Assembly: GCA_964016885.1 (NCBI GenBank)
Contig: OZ024740.1
Span: 145,452,001 to 145,516,000 of the forward strand
Reading direction: 5' to 3'
DNA from: Eledone cirrhosa
Taxonomy: Eukaryota
Length of the DNA stretch: 64,000 bases
This document shows, one piece after another, positions 39,350 through 53,055 of this stretch; positions within the stretch are counted from its first letter, which is position 1; each line of letters opens with the position of its first letter. Under the pieces are notes generated by a model. The model worked only from the letters and a program-made list of their open reading frames with translations, did not search any database and was not told the DNA's origin. A program made the translations under genes and the position numbers.

Positions 39350-40178
39350 TCTATATATATAAAACTGAGGTTGTCTGACTGTCTGTCTGCCTACTAAAAC
39401 AGTCGGCACACATTTCCTCCCAAACCGTACGTTCAAATTTCGGTGAAATTACTACACTTATAGGTGAAGGTCCGGCGGAGACATCGGTCAAAAAAGTATT
39501 CAAATCGACCCACGCCAAGTGCAAAAATCGAATTTGTAATGTATTGATTTTTCAGTTCAAATGTATAAATAGATATGAGAGACGAGTTATTTCCCTTTTA
39601 TGGCGTCATTTGTTTATCTATTTACGTTACGAATAAACGTGCAAAGGTACAAAAATACGCGAACAGTTTTCGGGTCAGCAAAATTTTAACCTGCAAAATT
39701 CATGAGTTCGAAGTTTCAACATTAAGCTTCCATTTTGTTTCATTTCCATTAAAAAGTCTTTTAAAACAATATTTCAGCGCATCAGCCTCGCCATCACCCG
39801 AGGCAACGCTGCGAGTGTGCTGGCTTGCCTCAAAAATCATTAGAGAGGTTGCCCAGTACTCGCGACGCTGCTGTCTTTTGCTTTGGTGTTGGCTCCGTTG
39901 TTCACCCCTTCTTTTACATTTTCTTTAATATTGTAGCATTGAAGGAATATATCTTTCATTGTATCATCCTTTGTAGTGTTACCGAGGCATTTGTAATGTT
40001 ATTTATGTATATATTTAAAATATATTTGTTATGTTATTCTACTGTAAATTTTCTCTGTTTATATTTTCATTCTCACTACCCTCAAAAATTTATGAAACTA
40101 CATACATGTTGCAACTCTCTCTCTCTCTGTATATATATATCAAACACACATATACATATACATCTAAAGAGAGAAAGG

Positions 40179-40240
<62 letters not shown>

Positions 40241-41400
40241 CGTTCTTTATTGTTCTCCATCTTCTGTAGAGAAGGAGAGAGAGGGGGTGAGTGAGAGAGA
40301 GAGAAAGAGAGAGAGAGGATATGAGAAAAAAGGGAGAGGGGTTGAGAAAGAAAGAAAGTTTAAGCAAAGAATCGCTGCTTTCAACATTAACGGGATCTTC
40401 TTAAACTAATAAATTCAATCTGTGAACGCAGAATTAAATATTTCGAGAAATATTGCAACCGAAGGAAAACAGGAAAACAATATTTTGGTTCGTGAAGATG
40501 TTCCCTGCTAATGAACGGAAAAAAGCGTCGTTATGTGGAGCGAGAAGAACAATTTCATGCAAAGACAAGACCAAGTTTATGGTGTAAATGGAGTCGTTAG
40601 ACTAATATTCTATTTAAAATAACCGAATGATTTCCAGCCCCGGAGTTTAAGAATGATGTAAATAAAATTGTAAACGAAAATGACAGAGGTTATTAAAATA
40701 GCTGTTTCTACTTTTGGCACAAGGCCAGCAATTAACTAGTACATTACTGGTACTTTATTTTATCAACCCCGTAATGATGAAAGGCAAAGTTAACCTCGAC
40801 GGGATTTTAACTTTGCCTTAAAATAGTAAAAGTAAATAGTAAAGATTTAGGCCAGTACATACGTATGCGCCGACAGACATACACATACATATACATACGC
40901 ACACACAAATACATACACACACACAAACACACACACACGCGCGCGCGCGCGTGTGTGAAAACCTTATGCATTTCTACAGTATTTTCACCAAACTTAAGAC
41001 ATAGGTTACTTATGTACTCCGGATGGTCATGGGATGGTCAATATATTGTTGCGATATACAGTATTTTTTTCTTTAAACAATATATTGTTGCGATATACAG
41101 TTTAAAATTTTTTCGAAACATTTTAAACTGTATATCGCAACAATATATTGTTTAAAGAAATTTTTTTTCTGTTGTTAAAAACTGTAAATCTGTTTTTAAA
41201 AAAATGTATTTCGCAACAATATTTTTCTGTTAAAAACTGTAAATAAATATTCATGTAAAAATGAAGCATAGTTTTTCTGTGAAAAACTGTAAATAAATAT
41301 TTATTTTGTTCAAAACTCAATCAAAAATCTAATTTTCTCTGTTAATATTTTAATAAATATTTATTATAAAATTCAATGTTTTTCCGTGTAAAAATGAAGC
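39350..41400 (+). mobile_element. Second Helitron-like element starting immediately after the first; 3' end unclear
   Basis: tctatatatataaaactgag...gtctgtctg start; 40420-40900 homologous to 48445-48830. Confidence 0.55.
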
Positions 41401-41529
41401 ATGTAAGATAATGAATATGTAAAAATCAAGCAGCAGCAACAGCTGATGACGTGTCGTGACGTATCGTGTAGTGGGTGGAGCTTATAACTGATTGTCGATG
41501 ATGATCATTTAGGACACTAAAACCAAGTA

Positions 41530-41998
41530 TCGCCCACACTGGTTTTCCTATTACCCGAACATGGAACCTCGTTCTTGCCCAAACTCTCACACTCACATCC
41601 ACACCTACACACACACGCGTACACCTACACACCTACACACACACCACCTTCCGCCCTCCCAGCTCGGACCCCCTGTCGCCTTCTCCTCTCTCCCCCCTCC
41701 ATCCACCCACCACCATCCCTATACGCCTCACACCCTTTCACCACTTGTTTTCATTTTAATTTTTACCCTCATTTTAATTTTTTTTCCTTCCCCTTAACCC
41801 CCCCCCCCTCCCACCTTTTAATGTCTTTCCGCCACTCCCCCTCACACCCTCGGAACTCTTTTCCTTCCCACTTTTCTCCTGATGAAGGGCTTATGCTCGA
41901 AACGTCGTCCCCCACCCTCACTCTCAAGCGTCAACCTAATACTAACACTGTTTGTATTGCACTCTTCGTTATTGTTTTTGTTTTTGTTTTTAACTCCT
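41530..41998 (+). mobile_element. PLE family C 3' end fragment with hammerhead
   Basis: Homologous to 17520-17940 and 60980-61425; ends at TA. Confidence 0.85.
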
Positions 41999-41999
41999 A

Positions 42000-42035
<36 letters not shown>

Positions 42036-42041
42036 CATATA

Positions 42042-42087
<46 letters not shown>

Positions 42088-42089
<2 letters not shown>

Positions 42090-42971
42090 AGTAAACTGTA
42101 AAACTGTAAAACTAGAAACGTAGTCTATAGCATAAGATGTACAGAGGGTACTTGTAGAAACACGACAACAACATACATAGGTGAGACAGCTCGTAGCATA
42201 GGTGAAAGGATAGACCAACACTGGGGGGAACTAAAAGGACGAAAAAACGGGTCAGTACTATACGAACATGCTAGACAACATCATGACGGTAACATAGACA
42301 ACATAGAAATTAGAATAATATCTAAACATAGGAATGACCCAGCAGATAGGCAAATCAGAGAGGCCAGTGAAATAGAAATTAGAAGACCAAAGCTAAACAG
42401 AAAGAATGAGTGGAACAACAACAACACCCAAACAAACAACACTGACCTAAGAGAAGTATAAATAAATAAGTAAATTAAATTAAATAAAATAAGATAAATA
42501 AATACATACACAAGCACATAAACACACACTAGTCACCCAGCAGACACAACACTATACACACTAGTCACACATCACACACGCAAACGCATGCGCAAAGAAG
42601 ACAAAATAAAATAAGATAAACAAACAAGCAAACAAATAAATAAATATATAGACGGACTGAACAAAAAAAAAAAAATGGCGTAGACATACAACACAACAGG
42701 AGGAACAATGAATATAACACCACTGACGATGTTGCAGATGTGCAACGAAAGATTTATGTAAACTATATATATATGTGTTTGTCTATATTGTATCTGTATT
42801 ATTTTATTTTTGACCGCCGGTCAGTCAATGGCAACATTGAGGACCGAGTAAGTTAGATCGCAGATATATATATATAAAAGACAGCGAGAAGCGAAAACCA
42901 ACCAAACAGTGAGTGTGTTCTGTTATTAATTCTGGCAATATTACGCAAATATGACCCTCCCCAAATATAAC
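42088..42971 (+). mobile_element. PLE family A, 5'-truncated (GIY-YIG plus pseudo-LTR)
   Basis: Near-identical to 26235-27122; ends ccccaaatataac(ta)n. Confidence 0.97.
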
Positions 42972-42993
42972 TATATATATATATATATATATA

Positions 42994-43435
42994 TACGATA
43001 TTAAATAAATGGAAACTATATTTATAAAACCATATTTATTTCGTTATATATAATTCTGGGATATCATATTAAAAATATGGTATGCCTTCCTCAGACAAAA
43101 TACAATACATAAGCTGTTTTATAAATAATTATTGACATACCTTATAATAATGCAACTTCCATTTAAAAATCAACTTTTTAAATGGAAGTTGCATTATTAT
43201 AAGGTATGTCAATAATTATTTATAAAACAGCTTATGTATTGTATTTTGTCTGAGGAAGGCATACCATATTTTTAATATGATATCCCAGAATTATATATAA
43301 CGAAGTAAATATGGTTTTATAAATATAGTTTCCATTTGTTTAATATCGTAAACCTACTCCAGAAACTGTTGAGTGCTTTTATATCAGTTATAAAATATTT
43401 ACTCGTTGTAACCCAACAATCTTAAATAAAACCTT

Positions 43436-43438
<3 letters not shown>
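42994..43438 (+). mobile_element. Fold-back element family B (arms of about 176 bp, 5-nt loop) with a degenerate hammerhead at 43242-43307
   Basis: Arms 42994-43169 and 43175-43350; UAUUUUGU-CUGAGGA...GAAU-UAUAUA-UA-ACGAAGUA (A15.1 changed to U). Confidence 0.9.
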
Positions 43439-43512
<74 letters not shown>

Positions 43513-43850
43513 GAATCCAAGCACAAATAGCAATGCGCCTGTGTTTGTGTGTGCGCCTGTGTGTCTAAGTATGTGGTGGGGTTGGGGGGTTGGGGGGTGC
43601 ACGCTGCCGTTGCGGAACAGCGAGACCAATATATGTTCTTCAAAAGCACAGCTTTAACTTTATTACTACAACTTAAATTGTAAACATTTTTTATCTATAA
43701 AATATTTTGATCTTACCAACACTGACCTCTCATCATCACTTACACTCACGAAGAATAACACCTGGAAATCAACTCCATCTTTAACCCTTTCGTTACTAAT
43801 ATTTTTCACGAAGTACACAGCCTATGATTTTCAAATAATTTTCAAAATAA

Positions 43851-44100
43851 TCTAATATATATTTGTGAAATTGGCGGTGGTTGAAATTCAGTAAATGGTA
43901 GTAGACGTCGTCGGACTGACATGAATTTACACACCTATGCAAAAAGTGCCAAGGAAGCAAATAGACGAGGTTTCAAATCTCTAACTTGAAAAATGTGGTC
44001 CCTGGGGCGCCAAAACTATCGCGTTCGGTGAGTTATTTCCCCCTGTTCTAATACTTTTGTCTTATTTACAATTTCATACAAATAAAGCAGTAAATAAAGG
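43851..44100 (+). mobile_element. 5' fragment of the Helitron at 49076
   Basis: tctaatatatatttgtgaaattgg.ggtggttgaaattcag shared start. Confidence 0.75.
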
Positions 44101-44132
44101 ATTATGAGTTCATGCAATTGACTTATATTTCG

Positions 44133-44193
<61 letters not shown>

Positions 44194-44227
44194 AGATTTG
44201 AATGGATACAGTTTAGTTGAAAGGAAT

Positions 44228-44347
44228 TTATTGACACGTGTTTCTATAACAGTTACATAACCTAAAACAGCTGCTATCTACAAACTTTTAGTTATGCAGA
44301 CATTCAATATTTCAATGTTATTATTTACTGTCATTTCATCAGAATAA
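44228..44347 (-). ncRNA. Type I hammerhead with a branched insertion of about 70 nt in stem II
   Basis: UUAUU-CUGAUGA-aAUGACAGU[insert]ACUGUUAUa-GAAAC-ACGU-GUC-AAUAA. Confidence 0.85.
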
Positions 44348-44919
44348 TATTACTGAGGACCTATTTAGTTTTTATAGAGAATATTAGGAGGGAGGGGTGA
44401 AGTTGTTAGAAGAATAGTTGAAGGAGTGGTTTTTCGATAGCAGTGAGAATTCTTGGTGGCAGTGAGTAATTAGATTCCCATCTGTTGTTTTGACATTTTT
44501 TATAGAATATATTATTGGTTATTTTTCTAAATCTATAGAAGGATTAGAGATAGTAAAGATATGCGTGGTTGGTTTTGTGTTTGCACTTAATTAACATTCA
44601 GACTTAAATTTTTCTTTCAAGTGTACGTATCCTTTCACCCACGCATTCACACACAAATATATTTGCACACCTCTACAAAATACATATACTCACAATTCAC
44701 ATATTCATACTTACATATATATACACATGCATACACATATATATACACACACATGTATTCATGTACATACATACGCGCTCATGTGTATACATTTTCATAC
44801 TCAACTTATCTTTATATACACCCGTATAGACACACACATATATACATACTTACTCTAGTCCATGTGTACACACATACACATACATACACATCTATATACA
44901 CATATATACATACACATAC

Positions 44920-44995
<76 letters not shown>

Positions 44996-45303
44996 ACACA
45001 CACACATATACACATACATATACATATATATATAAGCACTTTAATACATGAATACACTTACATCTAACTATACACATCAAACATATATATATATTTACTT
45101 ATTTATATACATTTTCACATATATATACATACTTATGGACGTTTTTAGACACATTCATTATCGCATATTTGCACCTATTCTCATCAGCATATCTTTCCAT
45201 TATTAGTGTGGTAATTTAAGGTTATTAATATATGTTGAGAAGAGATTGTTTTTATATTTTTCTAGCTAGATTAATGTTTATATAGTTGGGGGATGTCCCT
45301 CTT

Positions 45304-47520
45304 TTATGTAATATTCGGCTTGTAGTGGGAAAAAAGGGTTTTAGTTCTGTGACGGCAGAATAATGTTCGTTCAATTCTGTTATTCAGCAGTTTCTTCTTG
45401 TGTGTGATTATGTAATAAATCTCAAGATTACACAATTTGCAGAAATTTTGGCTCCTGGAAAAGCTTTGGGTTTTAGCTAATTTCTCCCATTTTAGGGTAA
45501 ACTTTTGATCGCTATCCCTGAGCGTCCAAGCTTTTTCTGCTAAAGTTGTTACATTTCTTTGGCTCTGGTGTTTTATTGAGTAAGAATGCCTATACAATCG
45601 AGATTTAAACGATGTTGCCGTTGATCCCACGTAATACCACTCGTTGCCTGCGGATTTAATGGTACACTTATAAATAATATTTTTTTCCAGGCAGTTATTG
45701 CCGAGGGGGCAGTTGTCAGGATAGGTGCAGTTACAGTTGTGTACGTTGGGTTTTCTCTGGAGTAGTATTGCGGACGAACTTAGGTGTGGTTTATTTATGT
45801 TCTGTAGTGTATTGTCTACTGTTTTTTTGTGTTCTTTGTACTTAAGTTCTTAGTGTTTTCGTTTAACCTTCTAGTATTGATCTTTTTTATGTGTTGTTCA
45901 AGGTTTAACGCTGTAGAGTATGACAGTCTTATAGTGGTAGGGTTTAGGATTTTGTGGTATTTGTGTGATGTGGGAAAATGTCTTTTAATTATTTTAAAGA
46001 AGAGTACTGGTAAATTTGTACTAATGGAACTATTGTATTCGGGGTTATACCATAAGTACTCTTTGCATCGCTTTCTATTAGTTTTGTTTGTTGGTTTACT
46101 GTGTGCATACTATGGTAGTAAGTGTGGTTTGGTGTTGTGTTATTATATCTACCTATGTGGGATTTATTTTGGGTGTTTTGATTGTTCCCATCTATGTACT
46201 CTATTTTGTTGAGGTAGCCTGCTTTACTAAGGGCGTTATCGTAGTACTCGGCGTGTTCCTTAAATACTTGTATGTTAGAAGATAGACCCGAGATTCTAAG
46301 TGAAATATTTTTAGGGATAGATTTAATTATAGAGATGGGGTGGTTAGACCCAACATTTACGTATTTGAGATTTTCATTCAATTTATGAAACGGTTTAATC
46401 AAACCAGAGTTTAAATTGAGTGTGACATCCAGGAAGTTAACTACTTTAAGGTTGTATTCATATGTTATAGTTAGTCCTATTTCGAGTAGTAGTTTTCTTA
46501 TATCTTTGCGTAGTTTTTCTAGTTTTTGGTTATTAAGGTTTTTAGCTAGGAGGAGAACATCGTCGCGGTATATTCCGCCGTGGAGATTGCTGAATTTTTC
46601 CTGGAGTCTAAAGGCGATAAATAACCCCACAATATCAGTTATTTCCGCCGAATCGTTAGAGCCCATTGTTATGTCAAAGTTAGAGGGTCTATCTTTACGT
46701 ACCCAATAACTGTTCTCAAATTTGACTATAGTTTTCCTAGCTTCTAATATAATCTTAATTTCATCGTTTGTAAGGTCAGAGTTATCCTTAGCAAACTTAA
46801 TGGCTCTATTCAAAGTTTCAGGTGATATCGATGAGTAATATTCATCGATATCAAACTGGATAAACTTAGATTTATTCTTATTGCTAATGCTATTAAACCA
46901 TCTTATTGCTTCTTGGGTCTTCCCCCAGAGTTTAATGTTAACCTTAGCCTTAATTTGGGGGATGATTCTATCTAAGATATATTTGCTTATTTTACCTATA
47001 TCTGATTTAGAGGGGCAGATTAATCTAATTTTAGGGTCATTATCAAAGTTTATCTTGTGGTCCTTAAGATTGAAGGTGGGTACCGCCGGTAAGAGTGGTC
47101 CTGTCCTATCTTCGATTCCGAGATTTTTCACTATTTCGCATGCCTCATCATTGATGTGCTTAAGGGTTACTTCACTCGTTTTTCTATATTTTTTATGTAA
47201 TTCTTTTCGAATGAAGTTGTTGTATGTAGTGCAATCCATAGTGTACAGGTTTGATGTTTTGTCCGCTTTTACTACAATTCCTTTGGTGTTTTTAAGGTCG
47301 TCCAGTAGTTTTTTTATATCTTTCTGTAATTTGCTGTTGGTGTTGCGTCCTTTGAATTTAATTTTAAGGATTAAGTTCATAAGGTCCTGCTCAAATGCAT
47401 CTAATAGTGGGTTGGTGGGTGGGTTTTTACAAGTCCTAAAACCGAATTTGTTGTTTACACCACTTTCTAATGTTGAGTTCATACGGCTTCTATCATAGTG
47501 GAGCGTTTTCCACCTGACAC
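45304..47520 (-). pseudogene. RT-GIY-YIG ORF of PLE family H, frameshifted around 45800-46100
   Basis: ORFs 45989-47482 (RT) and 45304-45630 (endonuclease C-terminus). Confidence 0.88.
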
Positions 47521-47972
47521 GTTATATATATATATATATAATATGAAAACGCTTTAATAAAAAAAAATATCAACTGTAATGTATGTATGCATGTATTTAT
47601 GTGTTTATATGAGCGGGGATATGCAAGTAAATCTTACTTTGTGGACAGCTTATCCTTAGCATAATATTCATGCTAGAACAGCATATATTTGAAAGTTTTC
47701 AGGGAGTTGAATTACTGATTTTGGATCGGCAGCTTTAGCTTTGAAAAAATGAAATGTGCAGTGTAAACATTTTTTATTATTCCTCCGGGGATGAATCTTC
47801 TCTGCATTTTTCCAACTCTTTTTTTCTCTCTGGAAGAAATCAGCCGTAGTAAGACCTAAAAAAAATGGTTAGATACACCATGACGCACCGTGCATCACGG
47901 TGGAGTTGAAAAGCAGACTCAGAACATGGCATTGTGTGGGGTGGCTCGCAGCCCAATGTTCCAGGGGGAGCA

Positions 47973-48102
47973 GAAGAAGAAGAAGAAGAAGAAGAAGAAG
48001 AAGAAGAAGAAGAAGAAGAAGAAGAAGAAGAAGAAGAAGAAGAAGAAGAAGAAGAAGAAGAAGAAGAAGAAGAAGAAGAAGAAGAAGAAGAAGAAGAAGA
48101 AG

Positions 48103-48132
<30 letters not shown>
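47973..48132 (+). repeat. Uninterrupted (GAA)n tract of about 160 bp
   Basis: Directly visible. Confidence 0.99.
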
Positions 48133-48133
<1 letters not shown>

Positions 48134-48242
48134 GAGCTGGAGTCCTATCAAATATGTAGGTTGTGTCTTTAATTGAATGTTTATTAGAAACAATTCATGT
48201 ATAGTTTTATACTTTTCTTTTTGTCATTCATATATAAACAAA

Positions 48243-49075
48243 TCTACTATATAAATTGGAAGTGGTCGGACGTTGTATATGTAGGTGTAGTCGGATAAAC
48301 GTCGAAACCGCTTGGTGGAATGCAGCGAAAATTTATACAGTTGTGCAGAATGATCCGAGGAGGCGTTGGGTCGACTTTCAAGCTACAATCTTCAATTGTT
48401 ACGGAGAAAACCGATGAAACAGGAATTTCCCATTCAAATTGAACTGTGAGTAATCTGTGAACGCAGAAGTAATTATTTCGAGAAATGTTGCAACCGAACG
48501 AAAACAGGAAGACGATATTTTGGTTCGTGAAGACGTTCCCTGGCAATGAACGGGAAAAAAGCGAGGATAATACGTCGTTATGTGGACCGAGAAGAACAAT
48601 TTCATGCAAAGACAAGATCAAGTTTATGGTATAAATGGAGTCGTTAGACTAATATTCTATTTAAAATAACAGAATGATTTCCAGCCCCGGAGTTTAAGAA
48701 TGATGTAAATAAAATTGAAAACGAAAATGACAGAGGTTATTAAAATAGTAAAAGTAAATAGTGAAGATTTAGGCCAGTACATACGTATGCCCCGACGGAC
48801 ATACACATACATACGCACATACAAATACATACACCCCCCCACCCCACCCCACCCCCCACCCCCCACCAAAACTTGACACATGGGTTACGTTATTCCTACA
48901 GATGTATGTGAACTCTCAGAATTGGCACATATTGGGTAGGGGACCCCTGGGGGCAGGAACCCCCTTTTAGAAAAAGCCGATGAATTTGTAAAAGTATTGT
49001 TTTCGAAGCAGCACTGAATTATTGACATAAACGGTATACACAATTGCTATTTAATATCCGAGCAACGCCGGGTAG
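48243..49075 (+). mobile_element. Non-autonomous Helitron
   Basis: a|TCtactatata start; ends ccgagcaacgccgggtag. Confidence 0.7.
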
Positions 49076-51397
49076 TCTAATATATATTTGTGAAATTGGT
49101 GGTGGTTGAAATTCAGTTGTGCACGGTTAAATGGTAGTAGACGTAGTCGAACGGACATGAAAATTTACACACCTATGTAAAAAGTGCCAAGGGCCCCAAA
49201 ACGGTCTATTTACTATCGCTTTCGGTGAGTTATTTCCCCCTGTTCTAATACTTGGATGAGTTATTTTCCGTAGTCGCTTTCAATATTCATTATCTTATTT
49301 ACAATTTCATACAAATTTTTAAACTCATCAATTTTTTCATAACATATCAAACACAACGTTCTTTCGCTGTTAACATACAGTGCCGTTTTATGAAATAGAT
49401 TCTGCAGTACCAATTTACGAAATGCCAAACCGAAAACGGTCACTGTTTTCCATCAAAAGAAATAAAACCCTTAAATTGCGAAGAAGGGAGGCGTGTTCTC
49501 AGGTACGTTTTTTCCGATATAATTTTTATTTTAATTCTAATACATGTTAACCACCACTAACAGTAAGTAGTATTTTTCAAAGTCAAATGAAAAGTTTAAA
49601 GAATACATGCATGTAAACTTAATGAATGGGATCTATAAGCCTTTGGATTGCCGAGTTAATTCATTCAGTTTTTTTTTTATATTCATTGTAAACTTAATGA
49701 ATGGGATCTATAAGCCCTTTGGTTGCCGAGTTAATTAATTCAGTTTTTTTTTTAAATATTCATTGTCTTATTTAAAATAACATATCAAAGACAGCGTTAT
49801 TTCGCTGTTAATAAACTGTTACCTTCTACAGTACGTTTCATTTTCACTTTTCAATTACAGTTGCTCTATATTAAATGTAAATACTTCTATAACGATCATA
49901 CAGTGCCGTTTTATGAAATCGATTCTGCAGTAGAATTTTACGAAATGCCAAACCGAAAAAGGTCACTCTTTTCTAACAAAAGAAATAAAACCCTTACATT
50001 GCGAACCCCCTGTTCTAATACTGGGGTTAGTTATTTCTCCCTCTTCTAATAAACGTCTAATATATAGAGGCCCCTCTTGCTGACCAGGGCAATCAAAGTG
50101 TAAACTATCATACAAACCTTCATAATCTGCATTTTTAAACTTGCATATCATCGACATTGATATTTCGCTGTTAATAAACTATCACCTTCTACATTTACAG
50201 TTAATGCTATTATCCTTTTATAACTACTTCGATGGCTAATTCGCCTTCATGTCTTCTTTTAATATTGTTTTTCCATTATAATGTTGAATAAGATGCCCAC
50301 ACACAGCTAATAGATCACATCCATGTCGGTTATTTGTTTTTTTTTTACCCATTTAGGCAACCTCTCCTTATGAGCAGCTCCATCAGCACAAAGGCACAAT
50401 TCTGGAGGAGACTTCAGAGGTAAGGGAGTCCCGTCTTTCTTCTCAGCTTATTCAACCACAACGCTCACGTTTGGCGGAAACTTCAGAGGTAAGGGAGGCC
50501 CACCTTGCTGATCGCCGCACTCGACGTCAACAATTACTTCTCAACGAGACTGCGGAGGCCAAGGAGGCCCGTTTACAGGACCTGCGCACTCGACGGCAAC
50601 AATTACTTCTCAACGAGACTGCGGAGGCAAGAGAAGACAGGCTGGCATCGAGACGGCGTAGATGTCAGGAACATGCTGCTGCTACAATGGACACCTTTTG
50701 CTCAAAAGCTGGCTTCAACTACAATCCTGCTTATGACTACGCCAATCGCACGGATATGACTCTTGCAAAAATGGATAAGGTATGTCAGTTCTGTGAGGCT
50801 AAGAAGTGGGTAGGTGAGGCTCCAGGTCTTTGCTGTTCCGGGGACAAGGTTCGACTTCTGGCGTTCGCTGATCCTCCTCATTTTCTCCAATATCTTCTCA
50901 TCGATAACTCTACCCACAGAGTGCACTTTCGCAACAACATTTGGAGGTACAATGCTTGCTTCGCTATGACATCTTTCGGTGTAAGGGATGGCAGAAATAG
51001 AAGAACAAGCACTGACGACGCTGCTGTTGCCAGTACTTCTCGAAACAACGACACAAGGCTGAGAGAAAAACTCTACACCTACAAAATTCAAGGGCAGTGT
51101 TACCATCTAATGGGAAGCCTTCGACCACAACAAGGAGAGGAACCGAAATTCTTGCAGGTATTCTTCATAGGCGGGAATGATGAGGAGCTTTCCCACAGAT
51201 GCAGGAATAATTCTCTTATTGACCGAAACATTATTGCGGAACTTCAAGCCACTTCTCATTGTACGCCGTCCAGCCCCAAGTGAATATTTCTATTTTTTTT
51301 CCTGATACTGCTTCTTTATAATAAGCTTTCAATAATATTTTTCAAATTATTAACTTAATAAAAAGTGGCTTCGGGTGCAACCGGGCTCAGCTGCTAG
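49076..51397 (+). mobile_element. Internally deleted Helitron retaining the RepHel N-terminal region
   Basis: TCtaatatata start; end tcgggtgcaaccggg-ctcagctg-CTAG|t. Confidence 0.85.
50471..51283 (+). pseudogene. Helitron RepHel N-terminal fragment (charged repeats and zinc finger; no Rep or helicase core)
   Basis: MDKVCQFCEAKKWVGEAPGLCCSGDKVRL, FRNNIWRYNACFAMTSFG, YKIQGQCYHLMGSL, PKFLQVFF; 23-aa ETAEA.EARL repeats. Confidence 0.88.
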
Positions 51398-52726
51398 TTA
51401 TAAAATAAACTGATGTTTGAAACATAACAAAATGTTCTTACATAAAATTATGTGGGAGCGGTTTCAGGCGGTGTGGTATCAAAATGGTTGTTGCTATCTA
51501 CAAATGCCTTTGTGCAACAATCAGTTAAAATTTGGAAATTGCCATAATGATAATTCAAATTTAACTTCCAGCTATGCTTTCCAGAAGGCCGCGAATTAGC
51601 AGAGTTGTTAGATCGTCAGATAGAATGCTTTGCAGTATTCGTTCCGGCTCACTGCGCTCTGCGTTTAAAACATGTCTTACATCCTTTCGAGGTTCATAAG
51701 AAAGTACTAGTCAAGCACTGAGGGCAATTGGTCCTCTATGTCTCTTTCTAGTTTCCTTTCTATCATTCTCTCTCCTTCGCTGGAAAAAAATTGGCTATGT
51801 TCAAATCTGCAGATGTGATGGTCTCCGTCAGGTTAGTAAAAACGCCCAAAAGTCACTACGGCATCCCTACGACTCCATCAGATACATATGTTTCCGAGCA
51901 ACTGAGCTAGTTCACTCATCTGTAACTTATATTTATTCTCGTGCTGAAGATTATTTTGCATCATTTTGTCCTACCTATTTTTTCTTTACACGCCTTAGAT
52001 TGGATGGCGAAATTTATCGTCTGGGTAAACGCCAACACTTAGCCTGTGTGCCTTTAACAGGGTACATTCTGTTGCAAGCATTAGAATTATGAGTGCTGCC
52101 CTATCTCCTCTGACAAAACGATAGATAAAGAATACAAATATATCTAAAGTGTCAGTTCTCTGAGAATTGAAATGTTTCTTAATGCAAGTAGCGTTTTATA
52201 TGATAACGTGAGAAGTCGAAGAGAACGTAGTACCAGGTAATACTAATGAGGATTTTATTGAACTTTGTTTTATTCTATATATTTTAAGTTGTATCTTTAC
52301 TTCAGCTACAGGCTTGAAGCATTGGCTATTAATGTGGGGTGATACAAAGTATTAAAAAATACATAAATAAGCCATCAAAGTTAATTCCCAGAAAAATGAA
52401 ATAGCGTCTTGAGATTTATGCTTTGTGTTAAGTGGGTAAAAAAATCTTAAAGTTTGAGTCAGAATTATATTTTTTATCTTGTCTAGGTGTAATGGGATGC
52501 AATTACAGTGGTAATTGCTTGCAAGATGAGAGAATACGGTTAAGAAAACACATAAAAATGTGTCACAAGAAGCAGCTTCAACGAAGATGTCTAAACTTTG
52601 TGTGAAAAAAGGTTTGTGTGTGTCTTTGTTTGCGCGTGTACGTGTGCGTATGTGTAAATAAACTGTTGCATTAATACATGAAACGATTACTCATTACTAA
52701 AAAGAAATAAAATCTTGGAATTATAT

Positions 52727-52790
<64 letters not shown>

Positions 52791-52990
52791 TGAAGTAGAG
52801 ATCCGACCTAAACTCGGGTGGGTACAGCTTGTGTGTATGTGTGTGTACGTGCGTGTGGTGCGTGCGTGTATGTGTATGCATGTACGTATGTATATCATGT
52901 ATACACACATACATACGTTTGTGTGTGTAAACACATACATATATTTGTGTGTGTAAACACATATACATTTATGCATACATACATACATGT

Positions 52991-53051
<61 letters not shown>

Positions 53052-53055
<4 letters not shown>

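Larger units (their letters stand above)
44191..47523 (-). mobile_element. Penelope-like element family H (YRDD-type RT, CxCx5Cx5C linker, GIY-YIG), 5'-truncated, TA-flanked
   Basis: KIRLICPSKSDIGKISK, FDIDEYYSSI, FDITMGSNDSAE, GIYRDD, VNFLDVTL; CNCTYPDNCPLGNNCLEKNIIYKC; YYVGSTATSFKSRLYRH; CKLCNLE. Confidence 0.92.

Noticed and set aside
41068-41160. AT-rich palindrome
   Set aside because: Part of a degenerate AT-rich tandem array; no ribozyme or terminal motif seen
47840-48193. Poly-S/K/R/E ORFs
   Set aside because: Frames of the (GAA)n tract
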